A stretch of 64,000 nt of DNA, taken from a virus. Lineage: Duplodnaviria > Caudoviricetes. The notes under the pieces were generated by a model. The model made no database searches. It was not told the DNA's origin and was given only the letters and a program-made list of their open reading frames with translations. Of the stretch, positions 30,163 through 40,800 are shown piece by piece; positions within the stretch are counted from its first letter, which is position 1, and each line of letters starts with the position of its first letter. The translations under genes were made by a program, and so were the position numbers. Where the stretch lies: positions 26,047-90,046 of the IMG/VR virus record IMGVR_UViG_3300005805_000059; one strand, given 5' to 3'.

Positions 30163-30726
30163 TTAAATATATCTTTGGGAGGATGTGCTATTATGATAAT
30201 CATAATCAATAAGGAGTTTACTTACTGCATACCCCCTCAGAGTGTCTATTTCACCTAAATCACGAACCTCTTCAAGTTGATAAACCTTGAAATCATGGAA
30301 AAATACATTATGCTCTAATATGTCTGAATTGGGCTTAGAAGGGTCTTTACGGAGTGGATTATTTCCAGCCTGTCTTTTTATAGCCCAGTCATTTAAATCC
30401 TGTGCAGCAGCGTCTGAGCGGTCTAGAAGTTCCCTTAAAATAGCCTCAGCCTGATAAACTTTTTCTGGTAGTCCGTATAGATAAACTTGCATTTGTTCAC
30501 ACTTAATTGGATAAAATGGTCCTCTTCTAAGTTTAAATAATTTATCATATTGAATCACAATGTCTGGGAATTTTTTATAATTTTTGAGTATATCTTGTAT
30601 TGATGTTGCTGAGGCTGGAATTGCCACTACTGACTCAAACCCTTCATATTTTAAAAATTCCTCAATAAGATATTCTTTAATCCAAAATGGAGCATAGGGA
30701 ATTTCTATAGGTTGTAATTTAGCCAT
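30163..30726 (-). CDS. Putative tail terminator/neck protein
   Basis: Synteny: last neck gene before major tail. Confidence 0.5.
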   Translation of the reverse strand: MAKLQPIEIPYAPFWIKEYLIEEFLKYEGFESVVAIPASATSIQDILKNYKKFPDIVIQYDKLFKLRRGPFYPIKCEQMQVYLYGLPEKVYQAEAILRELLDRSDAAAQDLNDWAIKRQAGNNPLRKDPSKPNSDILEHNVFFHDFKVYQLEEVRDLGEIDTLRGYAVSKLLIDYDYHNSTSSQRYI

Positions 30727-30730
30727 AAGA

Positions 30731-31408
30731 CTATTCTACCTCAACCTTTATACTTGTTATCCATTTTGTTCCAGCCTTTACTCCAGCAGCCTTACCCTGC
30801 TTACCTCCAGCACCAAATGATTCCTCAAATGCTCTTGGATTTTCTAACTTTTGCTTAACTCCACTTGACATTAAAAATGCTTGAGAAAAGTATCTTTGAA
30901 AAAATTGGTTAAATATTGTTTGGTATTGTCCAGCAGTCGCTCCACCAGGATTATCTACTCTGACAGGATTTGGAGTAAATACCTGTTCTCCATTAACTTC
31001 AAATGCAAGAACACGAGATGTTCTAGGAGCAATAACTACTGACATACCACTTTCCATTACTCTGGCTTTATCAAAAAATGGGGTATTAGATCCTTGTTGA
31101 ATACTTGTTGACTGCTTAAAGTTAGACATAAAATTAATTGTATCTTCAGAAGCCTTGAACTGTATATCAAATAGTCTAGCATCTGGACTACCTGTTCTAT
31201 ACCACTCATAAATATGATGCAATAAATCTGGATTGCTTCTAGCAGCAGCATCTATATACTTATCTGCCATATCCTTAACTGATTCACCAAGATTATTCAT
31301 AAACATCTTTTTCCCCTGCTTTGTTCCGTCAAGGAATCCAATTGAATAATTTATAACATTATTCATTGTTTTATTAAATTCTTTAGTATTAAATTTTACT
31401 TTTATCAA
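30731..31408 (-). CDS. Putative neck/tail completion protein
   Basis: Synteny in head-tail block. Confidence 0.5.
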   Translation of the reverse strand: MIKVKFNTKEFNKTMNNVINYSIGFLDGTKQGKKMFMNNLGESVKDMADKYIDAAARSNPDLLHHIYEWYRTGSPDARLFDIQFKASEDTINFMSNFKQSTSIQQGSNTPFFDKARVMESGMSVVIAPRTSRVLAFEVNGEQVFTPNPVRVDNPGGATAGQYQTIFNQFFQRYFSQAFLMSSGVKQKLENPRAFEESFGAGGKQGKAAGVKAGTKWITSIKVEVE

Positions 31409-31848
31409 TCGTCAACACCTTGATTCTCAGTTCTACGCAAGGTTAAATTATAATACTCAATATTTCCAAATGGACCAACAAATGGATCAAAGGCAACAAC
31501 TTCAAATAGTGTTCCTTTTCCTTCTCGCTCACCAGAAGTTTCCATATAAATTAAATCATCATAGGCATTACGAATGTTTGCAAATAAAATATTTGATATA
31601 GGATATTTTTCTCCAGTTCTAGATGTTCTTACATCAATTTGAATTCTACCAACTAAACGATCTTTGGGATGAACATATGCATCTACAGGAATATCTTCTT
31701 TAGATAAATTATCTTGAAGAAAACTACAGTTAATTGTTCTTTCAAAAGACCAATCTTTTTTAATTTGACCATACATATTTTGTTCTACTTGTGGATAGTA
31801 AATATCTACTTTCATTGGAAACAAAAAGTCGGAACCGCAGCACCCCAT
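31405..31848 (-). CDS. Putative head closure (stopper) protein
   Basis: Synteny; beta-rich, 147 aa. Confidence 0.5.
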   Translation of the reverse strand: MGCCGSDFLFPMKVDIYYPQVEQNMYGQIKKDWSFERTINCSFLQDNLSKEDIPVDAYVHPKDRLVGRIQIDVRTSRTGEKYPISNILFANIRNAYDDLIYMETSGEREGKGTLFEVVAFDPFVGPFGNIEYYNLTLRRTENQGVDD

Positions 31849-32763
31849 TTATAGCACCCCAAATTTATGAATTGCTGGAGTATATTTTGCTAGAATTTTG
31901 TCAACAATTAAATTACCTGTTCCATTCATCATCTTGGGATCATATTCTAATTTAAATTGATCTGTGCTATATGATTTTACATATCGTTTATAGTAGTCTA
32001 TCTTGCCACACTTGATATCTTCAATTAACAAATCTGTTGCTCGTTTAATATCAGAAGGTACTACTTGATACCCTGTTTCTAAATAGAATATGTAATCATA
32101 ATCTTTTGGAAACATTGTGCTTGCTCTTCCATAGATATCTAATGTATCTGAAACACCTGCAGGGAAAGCAAGGGCTGCTGCTTGCCTACGATTATAATCA
32201 TTTTCTACATGGCGTGTAATTGCAGTTTTATCTTCAGTAACATGGAAGGTTGCACCTTCAAGACCTGGGTTGTGATCAATATGATCAAATACAATTACAT
32301 TGTTTTCAACAACAGTTAAAATTTTATGTGGCTTATACCAAATAGGAATATAGTCTGCACCAAGCCCTACTGTTTCCACAACTGTCTTTTTGTAATAGAA
32401 TCCACCTGTAATAGCATCAATGAGGAGTCGTGCTAGTTCTTCATATGACTGATTTTGTGCGAACTCTGAAGCGGTATCTCCAGTAATTGTAGTATATGGT
32501 CTAACTATTTCTAGTCTATCTTCTACTACCTTGTCACCATCAATACCATCGTCACTTTCATAAATTCCTACAGAGTATGTCTCATCATATAAATAAGCAT
32601 CTTCTGGTAGTTCTACAACAATTTGTAAATTAGATGGCTCAACTATAGTATCTATTAATAGATCTCCAATTGAGTCTTGTATATAAATACTATAAAGTGT
32701 CTCATTGGATGGTACATCAAAAGTTACAGTTAGTGGAAATGGTGGTACTCGTAAAATAATCAT
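31849..32763 (-). CDS. Putative head-tail adaptor with N-terminal Ig-like domain
   Basis: GYQVVPSDIKRAT..YSTDQFKLEY adaptor-like end; synteny. Confidence 0.55.
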   Translation of the reverse strand: MIILRVPPFPLTVTFDVPSNETLYSIYIQDSIGDLLIDTIVEPSNLQIVVELPEDAYLYDETYSVGIYESDDGIDGDKVVEDRLEIVRPYTTITGDTASEFAQNQSYEELARLLIDAITGGFYYKKTVVETVGLGADYIPIWYKPHKILTVVENNVIVFDHIDHNPGLEGATFHVTEDKTAITRHVENDYNRRQAAALAFPAGVSDTLDIYGRASTMFPKDYDYIFYLETGYQVVPSDIKRATDLLIEDIKCGKIDYYKRYVKSYSTDQFKLEYDPKMMNGTGNLIVDKILAKYTPAIHKFGVL

Positions 32764-32767
32764 ATTG

Positions 32768-33097
32768 TTATCCGTAATAGTTGGCTACTTCTGCTGGTGA
32801 TGCTTCTCGTACCGCTTTATGTTGTAGCCACTTTTCGGATGCCTCCTTCGTTACAATGTTGTAACCTTTTTGTAATGAACCCACACCATTCCAAGTTAGG
32901 TTTTTCTCTGAAAAAACTGCAACCTTTTCTCCAGAGTTTTCTTTCTTAATCTCTTCTTTCTTTTCAGGATTGAAACTAGAAATAACTTCTAGAATTTCTG
33001 CCTTTTTAGAAACGCCTTCTAAATTGATATTATGCTCTTTGGCATAAGATCGCAATTCAAGAACTGTCTTTTTAGACATTTCTTCCATAAAAGACAT
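32768..33097 (-). CDS. HeH/Rho-N-like domain protein
   Basis: LELRSYAKEHNINLEGVSKKAEILEVI; C-terminus paralogous to 33106..33411. Confidence 0.55.
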   Translation of the reverse strand: MSFMEEMSKKTVLELRSYAKEHNINLEGVSKKAEILEVISSFNPEKKEEIKKENSGEKVAVFSEKNLTWNGVGSLQKGYNIVTKEASEKWLQHKAVREASPAEVANYYG

Positions 33098-33105
33098 TTT
33101 TCCTC

Positions 33106-33411
33106 CTAGGGTAGATATTTCTTAACTTCATCTTCTGAAGCAAATCTTACTTTTTTATGCTTCGTTACAATTTCTGCTACATCTTCTGAAACCTTAGAAT
33201 ATCCATTTTTTACTGCAATGCCATCTACTGTTACTTGTTTTGCTGCATAGATTGCCACATCATTTTTAGCCTTCTTTTTTACTACTGGCTTTTCAACAAT
33301 TTCTTCTTTAACTGCTGGCTCTTCTGCTACCTTTTCAGCCTTTGGTTCTTCATCTAATACAAAAAAGTCTTTATCTTCAAAGACTTCTTCTTTGTCATAA
33401 AAGTTTTCCAT
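33106..33411 (-). CDS. Hypothetical protein downstream of capsid gene
   Basis: RBS GGAGGT, start 33411; E/K-rich N-terminus. Confidence 0.55.
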   Translation of the reverse strand: MENFYDKEEVFEDKDFFVLDEEPKAEKVAEEPAVKEEIVEKPVVKKKAKNDVAIYAAKQVTVDGIAVKNGYSKVSEDVAEIVTKHKKVRFASEDEVKKYLP

Positions 33412-33446
33412 TATTACCTCCACATATATTATACCAGAATATGACG

Positions 33447-33474
33447 AAGAGGAGTGGTATTTCACACTCCTCTT
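33447..33474 (-). terminator. Hairpin after major capsid gene
   Basis: 10-bp inverted repeat AAGAGGAGTG/CACTCCTCTT; weak U-tract. Confidence 0.5.
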
Positions 33475-33492
33475 GCCATATCAAAGATCAGA

Positions 33493-34554
33493 TTATGAAT
33501 CTGCTCCTGCATCAGCGTAAGCGACTGCATCCAATTCTTCCCATTGGATACCAAATCGGACGAATACTGTGTATTCAATTGTGTCCTTCTTTGGCTTGTA
33601 CTCACGGTTGACGGTGATGTCACGCTGGAAGCCCCATACACGGTTCTGTGGGAATGTCAAATCGACATAACCTTCAGGGTAGTAAGGAACTTCAAGAACA
33701 TCAATACCCAATACACGAGTTGTTCGTGCATTGCCTACTGTCTGTGCTGCACCGTTAAGGTATGCTGCACGAGAAGCATCGGTTGAACCGACTGCATCCC
33801 AGTATGTACCATTGTTCTTTACGATACCAGCAAATACATCTGTACCTGCGTAGAACTTCATTCCAGATCGCAAAGCACGATACTTTCGTGGCATTGCAAG
33901 GATGATGTCCTGCATAACTTCTGGTGTCCATGCATTATCAGCAACTGTAACGACTGCTTCATGAGCATCGCCATCAAGTGCCTTTGGCACGAAACCTTCC
34001 ATAATAGAAAGGAAGTCGCCTGTAGATCCATCACCATTGATAGCCAAATCTTCTAGGTCATTACCAAAAGCATTGGTCATCAAACGGACTAGATGGTCTT
34101 CAAGAGCACCTCCTTCAATATTATCTTCAAGAGCCTCGGTGGAGACTTCCCAGTCAAGACGAATCTTCTTGGTTGTCAATTCCACCTTGGTGAAGGTAGC
34201 ACCAGCGTTTGTATAATCGCCGTCTGCCTGATTAGCAGCACGAATCACACGCTCGCCCACATTAACTTTTTCAAGTTCCATTGTGTTCGCTCGCATTGTA
34301 ACTCTACGACCATCTTTGGCGAGAACTGTTGCGTCCCACACATAGTCGATGAAACGGCGAGCCTGTTCTGGTCCTAAAATACCACCAGCAACACCTGTTG
34401 GGTTGACAGCGTTTGGTCCTGTTGTTACACCATACTCAGCATCTGGAATATTTCCCAGAGTGTCAAGTGCAGGGTTAGTGACTCCACCAACTCCACCTGA
34501 TGCAAACGGACCTTCAGCAGCAGCCTTCAGGATCTCTTTTTCTTGTTCCGACAT
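33493..34554 (-). CDS. Major capsid protein (HK97 fold)
   Basis: GGILGPEQARRFIDYV, EVSTEALEDNIEG, DLEDLAINGD; RBS AGGAGGTG. Confidence 0.88.
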   Translation of the reverse strand: MSEQEKEILKAAAEGPFASGGVGGVTNPALDTLGNIPDAEYGVTTGPNAVNPTGVAGGILGPEQARRFIDYVWDATVLAKDGRRVTMRANTMELEKVNVGERVIRAANQADGDYTNAGATFTKVELTTKKIRLDWEVSTEALEDNIEGGALEDHLVRLMTNAFGNDLEDLAINGDGSTGDFLSIMEGFVPKALDGDAHEAVVTVADNAWTPEVMQDIILAMPRKYRALRSGMKFYAGTDVFAGIVKNNGTYWDAVGSTDASRAAYLNGAAQTVGNARTTRVLGIDVLEVPYYPEGYVDLTFPQNRVWGFQRDITVNREYKPKKDTIEYTVFVRFGIQWEELDAVAYADAGADS

Positions 34555-34577
34555 ATTGTTCACCTCCTATAGTGTTT

Positions 34578-35828
34578 TTATTTGAATAGGTCGGCAGTTT
34601 TGAGGAAACGCCCGCCCCATAGGGATTTTTGAACCACTTCGGGTTCCTGCACGATCTCGCCAAGATCGCCAGACTTGCGGAAAGCAGTATCGAGTTCAAC
34701 TGCGTCTACTCGCTTTCCAAACTCATTAAAGTTACCCTTAACTTCACTCAATTCCTGAGTAACGGCTTCAAGGGACTTTGATAGTGCAACAACTTGCTCG
34801 TGAAGTGATTTCACGGTTGTTGCAAGATCGCCAAAGGCATTAGTTACTGTTTCTTTGATTTCGGAGACTGACTTTTCTAGATTATCTTCGACTACAACTT
34901 CTTCAGCAACAACTGGTTCAGAAGGAACATCTTCAGGAGAAACTGACTTTTCAACTTCTACTGGGGCTTCTTCTGCGACTACGGCTTCTTCAACCAAAAC
35001 TTCTGGCTGTGCCTCTGGAGCGACCTCAACATTTTCAACTGCAGTTACCTCAACAACTGCTTCTTGATTTTCTGTCATAGGACTTACCTCCTCATTCTTC
35101 TTAATTGTCACAATGCCTTTAGCACTATCAACTAAGAACTTTACTATTTCTGCATCATTGTTTTCTACAAAACCAATATTCTGCATTGTGGTATCACAGG
35201 ATGGACAATACGCACTCTCTTCTTCTGTAAGTTGAACAATATCATCAGACTTGCAGTAGTAAACATTATCGATAACAGCCTTTGACAAATATCCACCAAG
35301 GACATCTTGTCCGTTTACCTTTTCGATAGAAATTACATTTGCAAACTGATTTGCAGGATTATCAACGAGTGATAGTTCGTGCAGTTCATATTGCTTAATG
35401 ATACGGATTGATTTATCTAACTTAGCGTCATATCCGTCATCATATTTTTGGATGCTTCCCCCTATTGAGAAACCTGTGTATGTTCCGTCTAAAACCTTCT
35501 CCCAAGCATCCTGAGCACCCTTCGACACATACGCAGATACAAAAACACCTTTATAGAATTGCTTGGTTTCTGGATCGAAATAACGATCCTCTTTGAAGGA
35601 AACTACTTTTCCTACTGCACTTGGGGTGTGCATTTCACGCAAATTACCACGAAACTTTTTGAATGCATCAAGACTAGCGTCTGCTGTAATAATGTCGCCT
35701 TGCTTATCAATGTTGTCCAAAGTAGCAAAGCCTGATACTAATCTACGCTCTACATCAACCTTGTTGATGGGCATAGAGAAACGCACATTGTCTCCGTCAG
35801 TGACGAAGTTAGCCTTGTTGATAATCAT
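34578..35828 (-). CDS. Prohead protease fused to scaffold-like domain
   Basis: LREMH, GFSIGG, ELSLVDNPAN; acidic E/V-rich linker and coiled-coil C-terminus. Confidence 0.85.
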   Translation of the reverse strand: MIINKANFVTDGDNVRFSMPINKVDVERRLVSGFATLDNIDKQGDIITADASLDAFKKFRGNLREMHTPSAVGKVVSFKEDRYFDPETKQFYKGVFVSAYVSKGAQDAWEKVLDGTYTGFSIGGSIQKYDDGYDAKLDKSIRIIKQYELHELSLVDNPANQFANVISIEKVNGQDVLGGYLSKAVIDNVYYCKSDDIVQLTEEESAYCPSCDTTMQNIGFVENNDAEIVKFLVDSAKGIVTIKKNEEVSPMTENQEAVVEVTAVENVEVAPEAQPEVLVEEAVVAEEAPVEVEKSVSPEDVPSEPVVAEEVVVEDNLEKSVSEIKETVTNAFGDLATTVKSLHEQVVALSKSLEAVTQELSEVKGNFNEFGKRVDAVELDTAFRKSGDLGEIVQEPEVVQKSLWGGRFLKTADLFK

Positions 35829-35872
35829 CCCTTATATTATACCAAACTTTTTTACAAATATCCGATTTGTCC

Positions 35873-37468
35873 TTATTCGGATGATCTGCCTTCACCTTGA
35901 GGATTCCTACCACTAATTGTAGCAGGACTATCAGATGAATTGTTTGCCCTTTCTGCATCTCGTTCTCTGTTACCAGCCAAATTTGCCCTAGCGTCAGTTG
36001 CTTGTCGTGGAGACATTACAAATGGCTCATCACCATCTGGTCTTTGTGGCAATCCTACCTTTTCACGAGCCTCATTTGGTGTCATAACCTGAGTCTTTAC
36101 ATATCGTTCTATAATTTGTGATTGTGCAACTTCATCAGTCAATGTCATTTCATTGAATCGAAGTTCAAGAATGTCTGTCTTTTCACGGACAATCTTGTTA
36201 ACCACTTTTTCTAGGTGTCTTTGAGCAGGTCGTGCAACTTGCTCTTTGAATGTGCGATCTGCTGCTAATGCTGACGCAACTTGGGAAGATTCTAGACCAC
36301 CCAACTTTGAAATAGGAACTTGATGTGCAATCAAAATATCATCACGGTTTTGCTTACGATATTCTTTAAATGAACTATCTTGTATTCCATTTTCAATAGC
36401 CTTCATCTCAAACTCTACCTTCCGAGTATCAGTATCTCCTGGAAGTGGAATGTAGAGAGTTCTATGTGATTGTGCCTTTAGTCCTGTTTGTAGGAATCGG
36501 AACATCTTGTCTTCTGAGTCAGGATGTAATTCTGCACCCTTGAGAGTTACGATATATCGTGGCACTGCTTTGTTTTCAAAATAATCAATGTTATATTGTG
36601 ATGCTAGTTGGTCTCCAACAAGTGAAGGCATAGCAGCAACAATATCAGGAACACCGTAGTATGTATTTAGTGGTGAGTATTCCTTGATGTGGATAATTTC
36701 ATTAGGTCGTGGATCATTAGTAATTGGGTTTGGATTCTTTGCCCCGAAGTTTCTAAAATAAACTACTCGTTCACCAATGATTTGAACATAACCGTCACGA
36801 ATTCTACGCACACGCATAGTGATTGATGGAATATGTCCTACATATCCAATTTCTCCAGTTACAGTTCTACCTACCTCAAGATACGCATTTCCTGTTGACT
36901 GAAGATCGATATAAATTTTTTCCATTGTTTTAATAAATGAGTCATCATCATTAAGTGATTCAAGCCATTCTTCAAGTTCCATCTTGGCTCGTTCAATTCT
37001 GTTTCTTGCTCTTCCTAGTGCAGCAGTGTCTTCAACCATTTCAAGACGCATAGCAGTTCGATCTGTAACCTCAAAGTGGTATCCAAGACTTACGATATTT
37101 TCTACCTTAGCATCAATGGCTGCGTGATTGGCAAAAGATGTGTCATAAAAGTTAGCCAATTCATAAAGATTATATGGTGGCGTAATTACATCAAAAAGAC
37201 CGTAGCCATTACGAAATACCATTCCTGGCTGCAAAGCCTTTGATTCTGCATCATCACGACCACCCTGAACAGCATTTGCTGCGTCTAAATATGCTGCTGT
37301 TGGTTGAGCCTTATTTAGTTTACGAGTTTCTCGTCTTTTAAAATTTGTGTCAATACCGTTAAATTCTTTTAGTGAGTCCCAAGATTTTGTGAATGGGTCT
37401 TTATCTCTAAATGGATTGTCATCACGCTCTTGCGTATTAAGACTAGCCTTTACATATTCCTCAGTCAT
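35873..37468 (-). CDS. Portal protein
   Basis: TGNAYLEV, EIIHIKEY..YYGVP, ILIAHQVP, MTPNEARE..GLP. Confidence 0.9.
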   Translation of the reverse strand: MTEEYVKASLNTQERDDNPFRDKDPFTKSWDSLKEFNGIDTNFKRRETRKLNKAQPTAAYLDAANAVQGGRDDAESKALQPGMVFRNGYGLFDVITPPYNLYELANFYDTSFANHAAIDAKVENIVSLGYHFEVTDRTAMRLEMVEDTAALGRARNRIERAKMELEEWLESLNDDDSFIKTMEKIYIDLQSTGNAYLEVGRTVTGEIGYVGHIPSITMRVRRIRDGYVQIIGERVVYFRNFGAKNPNPITNDPRPNEIIHIKEYSPLNTYYGVPDIVAAMPSLVGDQLASQYNIDYFENKAVPRYIVTLKGAELHPDSEDKMFRFLQTGLKAQSHRTLYIPLPGDTDTRKVEFEMKAIENGIQDSSFKEYRKQNRDDILIAHQVPISKLGGLESSQVASALAADRTFKEQVARPAQRHLEKVVNKIVREKTDILELRFNEMTLTDEVAQSQIIERYVKTQVMTPNEAREKVGLPQRPDGDEPFVMSPRQATDARANLAGNRERDAERANNSSDSPATISGRNPQGEGRSSE

Positions 37469-37868
37469 CTAGTGCCTCCTTACCATAAACATCTACTGTG
37501 TCTTGGGCTGCTTTCCAAGCACCTAAGTCATTCATAGAAGGAATAAGTCCTTCCTTCATTCTGTCAAACTGTTCTGTATATTCTTCTTCAGTAATTCTGG
37601 TTAACCCAGGTACAAAAACAGCCTGTCCATCTCCAGGATCGCCAAAGTACATTGCTGCTTGCTTAAGTTTAAGCATTTGATTTAAGTCTCCACGCATAGA
37701 AGGAATATTAAGAACATTGCCCTCTCCGTCTGTAAACCATTTACCATTTGCTTTTTTCCATACATATAGTCCCCAGTCATAATTCTTTTCAATTACCTTT
37801 TTACGGACATTGCTGACAATTGGCTTACCTGTTTTTGGGTTTATTGGTGTTTCTTTTGGTGGTTTCAT
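37461..37868 (-). CDS. Hypothetical protein upstream of portal
   Basis: 135-aa ORF with leaderless-type promoter. Confidence 0.6.
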   Translation of the reverse strand: MKPPKETPINPKTGKPIVSNVRKKVIEKNYDWGLYVWKKANGKWFTDGEGNVLNIPSMRGDLNQMLKLKQAAMYFGDPGDGQAVFVPGLTRITEEEYTEQFDRMKEGLIPSMNDLGAWKAAQDTVDVYGKEALDD

Positions 37869-37885
37869 GTATCAATTATACCACA

Positions 37886-40800
37886 TTAAACGGCAGATTC
37901 GGTTCTTCTTAACCACTTGATGTCAGAATATGTGTTAATCTTTTCACTATTAAGGTTAATTCCTTCATCATCATCAAACACTATTTTGTTTGTTCCAATG
38001 TAAGCCTTATAGATTGTTCCTGGGTCAAAGTCTGTTGTTTGATAGGTGTCTAATGCAAGAACATTAAACCAACTGCCCCAGTTTACGCCCCTAGCAGGAT
38101 TAGCCTTCCAGTATCTCCATCCTTCATCATCTGTCCCACCATTTTCTTCTGCTGGAGTTGGATAATTTGGATTAGCAGTTGTTTCAACACTAGCCCAACT
38201 CCTTGTAACAATATTTTGCACATTTGCAAGACTATTAGTTCTGTAGAACGATATATTATTAAACACAAAAGGACCGAGCAAATTAACTTTACCAGCAAAA
38301 TTTTCTAGGTCTAGTGGAGTCAAAAAGAATACTCCCAATGCTGTCCACTCTTTGGCTGTAATTGTTGGCACAGCGACTGGTCTTCCATTAATATAATATG
38401 CCAAATCTAGGAATTGTTCTGAACTGTTTGATCTTAGTGCATAAATTCTTCCTCTTCGTCTTAATGTGTCAGAAGGCTCTAGATAGAATACAATATCCTC
38501 ATTTTTATATTCAATACTAAATAATTTTATAGTCTCTGTTGGAAAGTTGGTTCCGTCATATCTCATCCAAACTTGTAATGCATTTACATCATAATCTGGT
38601 GCTAACTGCTGGTTGATTGGTATAGATAAACCTCTTTCTTTTTGAGTCACATCTCCACGCATTTCAATACCAGATGTTCTTGTTAGATATAGATAAGGCG
38701 TACTTCCCTTATAGATACTGAAAGGATTTTGAGATTTATAATCAAAATAAATACCAGACTTAGTGTATGGAAACAGGTTAACACCGAATCTAGTTCCTAC
38801 AGGTGTAGAGGCATTTTGACTAAATACTTGTGAGGCAAACTGAACTCTGTCTATAGTAACAGTTTTTCCAATTGTGCTACGAACCTTAAATTCTAAGTTA
38901 AGAACTACAGCAAGATCATTAAAATCAAAATCTTTTCTTGGATAGATAATTGTATTATCTACTACTTCAAACCTTGTTGTCCTCCAATTTGTATATGCTG
39001 ACAGATTAATAAGTTTAGATTGGTCAGCATTTTGTGTTGTTGTAAAGTTGTCATTTGTTAAGTTAGCCCCATCTATAATATTTTGAAATGTAAGATATGA
39101 CTTAACAGATGCGTTTTCTGTGTTATAGTCAAACTGACTTTGAGTATTAAATGCTAATTCCTGGTAATCGTCATATCCTGTTAAAGCAATATTGCTTAGT
39201 TGTAAATAAGACTTAGTAACTGGACTAGAATATGCTGCAGATAGTTGTGCATATGTCCAGCCACTGTTTATTTCCGTTTCTGTTAATGATGATATTGCTG
39301 GATAGCCAATATTAAACTGCAAAAAGTCCAAGTCATAATAAGTGTCTCCAGCATAATCTTTAACAAATTTAGCAAAATAAGATAGTGGAAGATAATCTTC
39401 CCAATATGCTGACACACCTATATCAAGATTATATTCACCATAATTTTGTCCAACCAATAGTGAGTAACTTGCTAGGTGATCAATTAATTGATTTGCATCT
39501 GCAACTTTAGCAATACCGTTTTCATTAAAATGATCTGATATATCTGCAGCATTTCTTTCTGAACAAAAATCAATATCATAAATTTTACCAGTAAAAGATT
39601 TAGCAGAGTTTATTGGATCTCCTCCAACATATACTTCTATACCATTTTGATTACCGAAAAAGGCTGCAACATTTCCACCGTAGTATTCTGCAAACTTTTG
39701 AATATTAATGCCCACAGCAATTCTATTGCCAGGTGTATATTCATACATAATAAAATCATTTTGAACTTGACCATTATATACAAGATAATAAGCAATTACA
39801 TTTTCTTCAACACCATCATTATTGATATCATGTTTATCAACTTCAATTGATAAATAGTTTCCTGTAATTTTATTATTAAACTTAATTAAAACTTGGTTGT
39901 CTAAAAATGTTGTTGATGGTTTAAATACTCCATAAAATGTATGAACTTCATCATTTAAAATATTAAATTTAGGAAAATTAAAATATGTATGCTTATTATC
40001 CCAAGAACTATTTGGTCTAAATGTAATGAACTTATATGTTTCATTTTGCACACCTGTAGCACTGTTATCTGCATATAGTTGATTTAATGTTTTACCAGGT
40101 ATAACTATTTCTGGTAGTTCATATTCTGGTATAGATAAAAATTTATTGCTAGTTACAAGATTATCAAATGTTCCTTGATCCCACCTTGCAAAATCTGGGT
40201 AGTTATAGTTAACTGCATAATTAGCAAATGCGTAGTCAATAAATGCTGTTGTACCACCAAAAGTGCTGTTAATATTTTCTGGAGAGCCTACACCCTGACC
40301 ATAAACAAATCGTCTTTTAATTACAGCAATTGGAACTTGATACGAATAAACAGATATACAACTTATTTCAAATGGAAATATATCATCATAAGAATAAAAT
40401 CCAAGCCAGTCTTGATTTTTACCATATAGTGCAGAACTTGTATCTTGATTTAAAATATCTGGCAAAACCATAGTGTCTGTATTAATTGAAAAGTTTATAA
40501 CTTCTTCTCCGTTAATAAGCATCGATACAGAATTTCTAATTAAACGAATATCAACAAGCATAGGTCTATACCACTCATTTACAAAGTATGACTGTGATTG
40601 ACCACCAACAACGAGTGTTAAGAACCCATCTTCTGCATAAAGACCATCATTACCAGAAATAGGTCCAAAAATTTTCTTTGGTATGCTGGCATCACAATTT
40701 ACACGCATCCAAAATTCAACTGTATATTCCTGATTTCTTCCTGCTTCATTTAAAAATCCTTTGCCTGGAACAATTAAAGATGGCAATGTTGTTGATCCAC

